A DNA stretch of 64,000 bases from an uncultured Spirochaetota bacterium (GTDB taxonomy: Bacteria; Spirochaetota; UBA4802; UBA5550). The position numbers and the translations under genes are program-made. Positions 61,308 to 64,000 of this stretch are shown piece by piece. The stretch covers positions 96,001-160,000 of the forward strand of contig CAWHAA010000002.1 in the NCBI GenBank assembly GCA_963827275.1. The letters run 5' to 3'. How positions within the stretch are numbered: the stretch's first letter is position 1; every line of letters starts with the position of its first letter. The notes beneath the pieces are model-generated. The model had not been told where the DNA came from, made no database searches, and saw only the letters and a list, made by a program, of their open reading frames with translations.

Positions 61308-62399
61308 TCAGAAGCTCAGCCGAATGGGCCGTTTTGCCTTCATGTCATGGTAGGATAACTGCGCGTCACCGGTGTATGCGTTGCAGGTAATGGTGTCAGG
61401 TATATTCAATTTTTTTTTCACGTAGAGTGTTGATTCGATAGCTTCCCATGCTTCTACCGTCTTTTCGCATGAAATGGCAAGGAGATTGTAGATCGATTCA
61501 TAGTGGTGCCCTGATTTCCCCGCCGGGTTTTCCCATTGTTCTCGGTTGAGATTAAGTATGTTCTTGTTGTATTTCCTGCCGATCGGGTAGCGGATTATGA
61601 AATCTGAATAGAAGAGGTTGCTTCTTCTGACGCCGAGCACCAGGTCCGCAATTCGCCTGTTCGTGCCCCGCTTGAGCCGGTATGTCATGAGAATGCAGTA
61701 CGGCAGGATGTCCAGTGCGCCGGGGAGGTGTGAATATTTTTTCAATGCATTCCTGGCAATCGGGAACAACAGCGTTTCGTAAATTTCGGGATACACCTCC
61801 TGCAACGGTTCCAGCACGATCGCTTTTACCGGCGCGTCCAGGTGATAGAGCCCCCGTCGTTTTTTCACCGGCAGCATCTCGTCGACGGAAAAGGGAAACA
61901 ATTCGGATCGTTCCGCGTGGTACTGCAGGTACGAATCAATATGATACTGGAAAAGAAGGTTTTGTTCACGGTAGAACCGTATCTCCTTCTTTGTGTATGC
62001 GCTCGGAAAGCCGGAGTAGTAAAAGACAAAGGGATGGAACAGCGAGTCCGCTATGATGTGCGAGATATACCCGTACAGGTATGCGCGCTGTATCGATGCC
62101 CACTCGTTGTTCTTGTCTTCATATCCGTGGAGTTTCCGAATCATGGCCTGGAGCAATTTGTTCGATCCGCCGTTATGAAGGAAAAAGGATATGTCGCTGC
62201 CATAATAGGCATTTTTGCTGCGCCGGGGCAGGTAGTCGAATATATTCGGGCCGATTGCCCCGAACAAGCCGGCGGTCAGGTGGTCCGGCGTGTTGAACAG
62301 GGCAGCTATGGAATTCAAGAGGTAGCTTTTTTTATCTTTTTGCGAAAGATAGCGCACCGCCTCTTTAAGAATCCTGCTGTGGGTTATTATGCCGGGCAT
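61308..62399 (-). CDS. Zinc-dependent phospholipase C family protein
   Basis: N-terminal MPGIITH, GAIGPNIF, YLYGYISHIIADSLFHPFV. Confidence 0.75.
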   Translation of the reverse strand: MPGIITHSRILKEAVRYLSQKDKKSYLLNSIAALFNTPDHLTAGLFGAIGPNIFDYLPRRSKNAYYGSDISFFLHNGGSNKLLQAMIRKLHGYEDKNNEWASIQRAYLYGYISHIIADSLFHPFVFYYSGFPSAYTKKEIRFYREQNLLFQYHIDSYLQYHAERSELFPFSVDEMLPVKKRRGLYHLDAPVKAIVLEPLQEVYPEIYETLLFPIARNALKKYSHLPGALDILPYCILMTYRLKRGTNRRIADLVLGVRRSNLFYSDFIIRYPIGRKYNKNILNLNREQWENPAGKSGHHYESIYNLLAISCEKTVEAWEAIESTLYVKKKLNIPDTITCNAYTGDAQLSYHDMKAKRPIRLSF

Positions 62400-62441
62400 A
62401 ATGACGCAGCCCGCGTGACCGGAAACCAGGTCACGCGGGGC

Positions 62442-63290
62442 CTAGTTTTCAAGTTTTTTCTTGAAGGCGTCAATTTCCGCACGCCATTTTTTTGAATAGA
62501 ACACGCCCCAGATTTCCGGGGCCGCGAGCTTATATGCCGTGTCCAGATGTCGAAGCGCTTTTTCTTTGTTGTCATCCTCGGAAAGCGCTTCCGCTAAAAA
62601 CATGAAGTTCTGCGGGTGCTCGGGATACCCGGCAGCAGCTTTCTCGAGGAGCTCCAGCGCCTTGTCGAGGTCGCCAATACCGCTGGGCCATGCGGGGGCC
62701 TTGAGGTACATCATTCCCAGAACACGCAGCGGCCCACCGGATTCAAGCTGTTCGGCCTTCTGCGCGATTTTAAGCGCCTCGTGGACTTCCGGCAGCTTGT
62801 TGAGGGCAAAAAGGCCCTTTGACCTTAAAATCAGGCCCTGGTTCAAGGCAAAATAGAAGCATGCTTCCGGGTTCTTCTCGGTAATCCCGGCCGCGCGTGC
62901 CGCACTCACGCCGATCTCGGCGCTTTTTTTCATTTTATCCTCATCGGTGTCAAGGGCGTCGGCGACATAGAAGGCGGTCCGGGCAAGGAGAACGCCGGTA
63001 TTCTGTGTCTTCCGATCGAGCCCGAACGCCTGGGTCGCCAGGCGCATCGCGTAGACCTTCTGGCCGAAAGACGCCGACGGGATGCAGAGCTCGTTGACGA
63101 TGTGCGTCAATGCCTTCGCGTTGTTGATGATCGGCAGGGTGCGAATATCGGCACCGTACCAGTCCGCCTGGGGCTCTTCCTGCTCGCTTTTCGCCTGCTC
63201 GGTCTGGCGAAGCTCCTGGTGTATCGCGCAGCCGGACATAAGCAGAATGACGAAAAAACTACTGAGCGCTTTCATATTTGCTGATTTCAT
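62442..63290 (-). CDS. TPR-like lipoprotein resembling TatT (TRAP-T associated) proteins
   Basis: Lipobox LMSGC; GGPLRVLGMMYLKAPAWPSGIGDLDKALELLEKA helical-repeat motif. Confidence 0.65.
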   Translation of the reverse strand: MKSANMKALSSFFVILLMSGCAIHQELRQTEQAKSEQEEPQADWYGADIRTLPIINNAKALTHIVNELCIPSASFGQKVYAMRLATQAFGLDRKTQNTGVLLARTAFYVADALDTDEDKMKKSAEIGVSAARAAGITEKNPEACFYFALNQGLILRSKGLFALNKLPEVHEALKIAQKAEQLESGGPLRVLGMMYLKAPAWPSGIGDLDKALELLEKAAAGYPEHPQNFMFLAEALSEDDNKEKALRHLDTAYKLAAPEIWGVFYSKKWRAEIDAFKKKLEN

Positions 63291-64000
63291 TTGCCAGTGT
63301 CTCCGCCTCTAATTTATCAAAACCGTCGATGCCGAAATTCTTGCACGCGGCTTTCGTGTCCTGCTGGTTGCACATCCGTGTAACCGCGCCCACGATCCTG
63401 GGCTTTGCCGCGCTGTTGGTTTTTGTGGTGATCATCATCAATCCAAGCGCCGGCATCTGCGGTGATTTGTGAATGACCTCGATCTTTTTGAATATGTCGA
63501 GGTTCTTGAGGCTGCTGTACTGCATATGGTTCAGGAGCACGGCGTCATACTGGCCCGAATCAAGCTTGCGCACCGCCGAAAGGGGACGGTTGGAAGGCTG
63601 GAGTTTGAAATGCTTGGCTATGTCTATTTTTTTTTCAAAGATCAGGTTGTTGATGAACTTTTTATCTTCGTAGAGGACATTGCCTGCCAGTATCTTTCCC
63701 TTCAGCTGGGCCAGCGACTTGTAGCTGCCCTTTTTTACGATGAGATAATATTCTTCCCTGTCGTTGCCGTCGATATTGACCGCGGCGAGCGGCTCAAGGT
63801 TCATTGCCTTGCGATTGGCCAGGTAAAAACCGATTGATCCCATGATGTACGAGTTTTTGTTCTGCTGGATGCTGGTTTTTGCATCATCGATTTTGTTGAA
63901 ATATTTTCCCTGTATCGAATCTTTCTTCATCCCTGTCAGCTTGGTAAGCGATGACATGAACTGGGTGATGATCTTCTCGCCTTCGGCGCCGGTATCCGGC
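63259..64000 (-). CDS. PhnD/SsuA-like periplasmic substrate-binding protein (5' end outside window)
   Basis: YYLIVKK..YKSLAQLKGK, LDSGQYDAVLL, VIHKSPQMP; frame is open to the window end. Confidence 0.7.
   Translation of the reverse strand, partial: PDTGAEGEKIITQFMSSLTKLTGMKKDSIQGKYFNKIDDAKTSIQQNKNSYIMGSIGFYLANRKAMNLEPLAAVNIDGNDREEYYLIVKKGSYKSLAQLKGKILAGNVLYEDKKFINNLIFEKKIDIAKHFKLQPSNRPLSAVRKLDSGQYDAVLLNHMQYSSLKNLDIFKKIEVIHKSPQMPALGLMMITTKTNSAAKPRIVGAVTRMCNQQDTKAACKNFGIDGFDKLEAETLANEISKYESAQ

Overview
This is a gene-dense chromosomal window of moderate GC from a bacterium that looks like an uncultured, probably anaerobic, Leptospira-related spirochaete. That assignment is an inference from a Loa22-like lipoprotein, the metX-metW pair, many STAS/PP2C proteins, Rex and a FadF/Hdr-like oxidoreductase. 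It holds about 50 CDSs. DNA repair/recombination genes are recC, recB, ruvC, ruvB, nfo and a dinG-like helicase; no recD or ruvA lies in the window. Signalling genes are vWA-TM-FHA, REC-GAF-HD-GYP, three STAS anti-anti-sigma proteins, an RsbW-like kinase, two membrane PP2C phosphatases and PTS EIIA. There is methionine synthesis (metX-metW under a clear SAM-I riboswitch), serine synthesis (rex-serC-serA divergent from DUF1015, with two Rex boxes between them), transporters and several envelope proteins. I recognised no rRNA, tRNA, CRISPR array, prophage or transposase. Three genes are frameshifted; two look like single-base homopolymer assembly errors. The best leads for new biology are: (i) a Rex-box-controlled serC/serA/DUF1015 serine module; (ii) a zinc-ribbon / acidic-repeat / membrane-anchored scaffold protein; (iii) a structured non-coding region with a 22-codon ORF at about 59970-60136 and a nearby 49-aa Cys-rich microprotein; (iv) an FGGY kinase inside an STAS-STAS-RsbW partner-switching cluster; (v) a beta-CASP nuclease-nucleotidase-recCB operon lacking recD; (vi) a binding protein / TatT-like lipoprotein / phospholipase C-like trio. 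All family assignments come from motif recognition by eye, not database searches.
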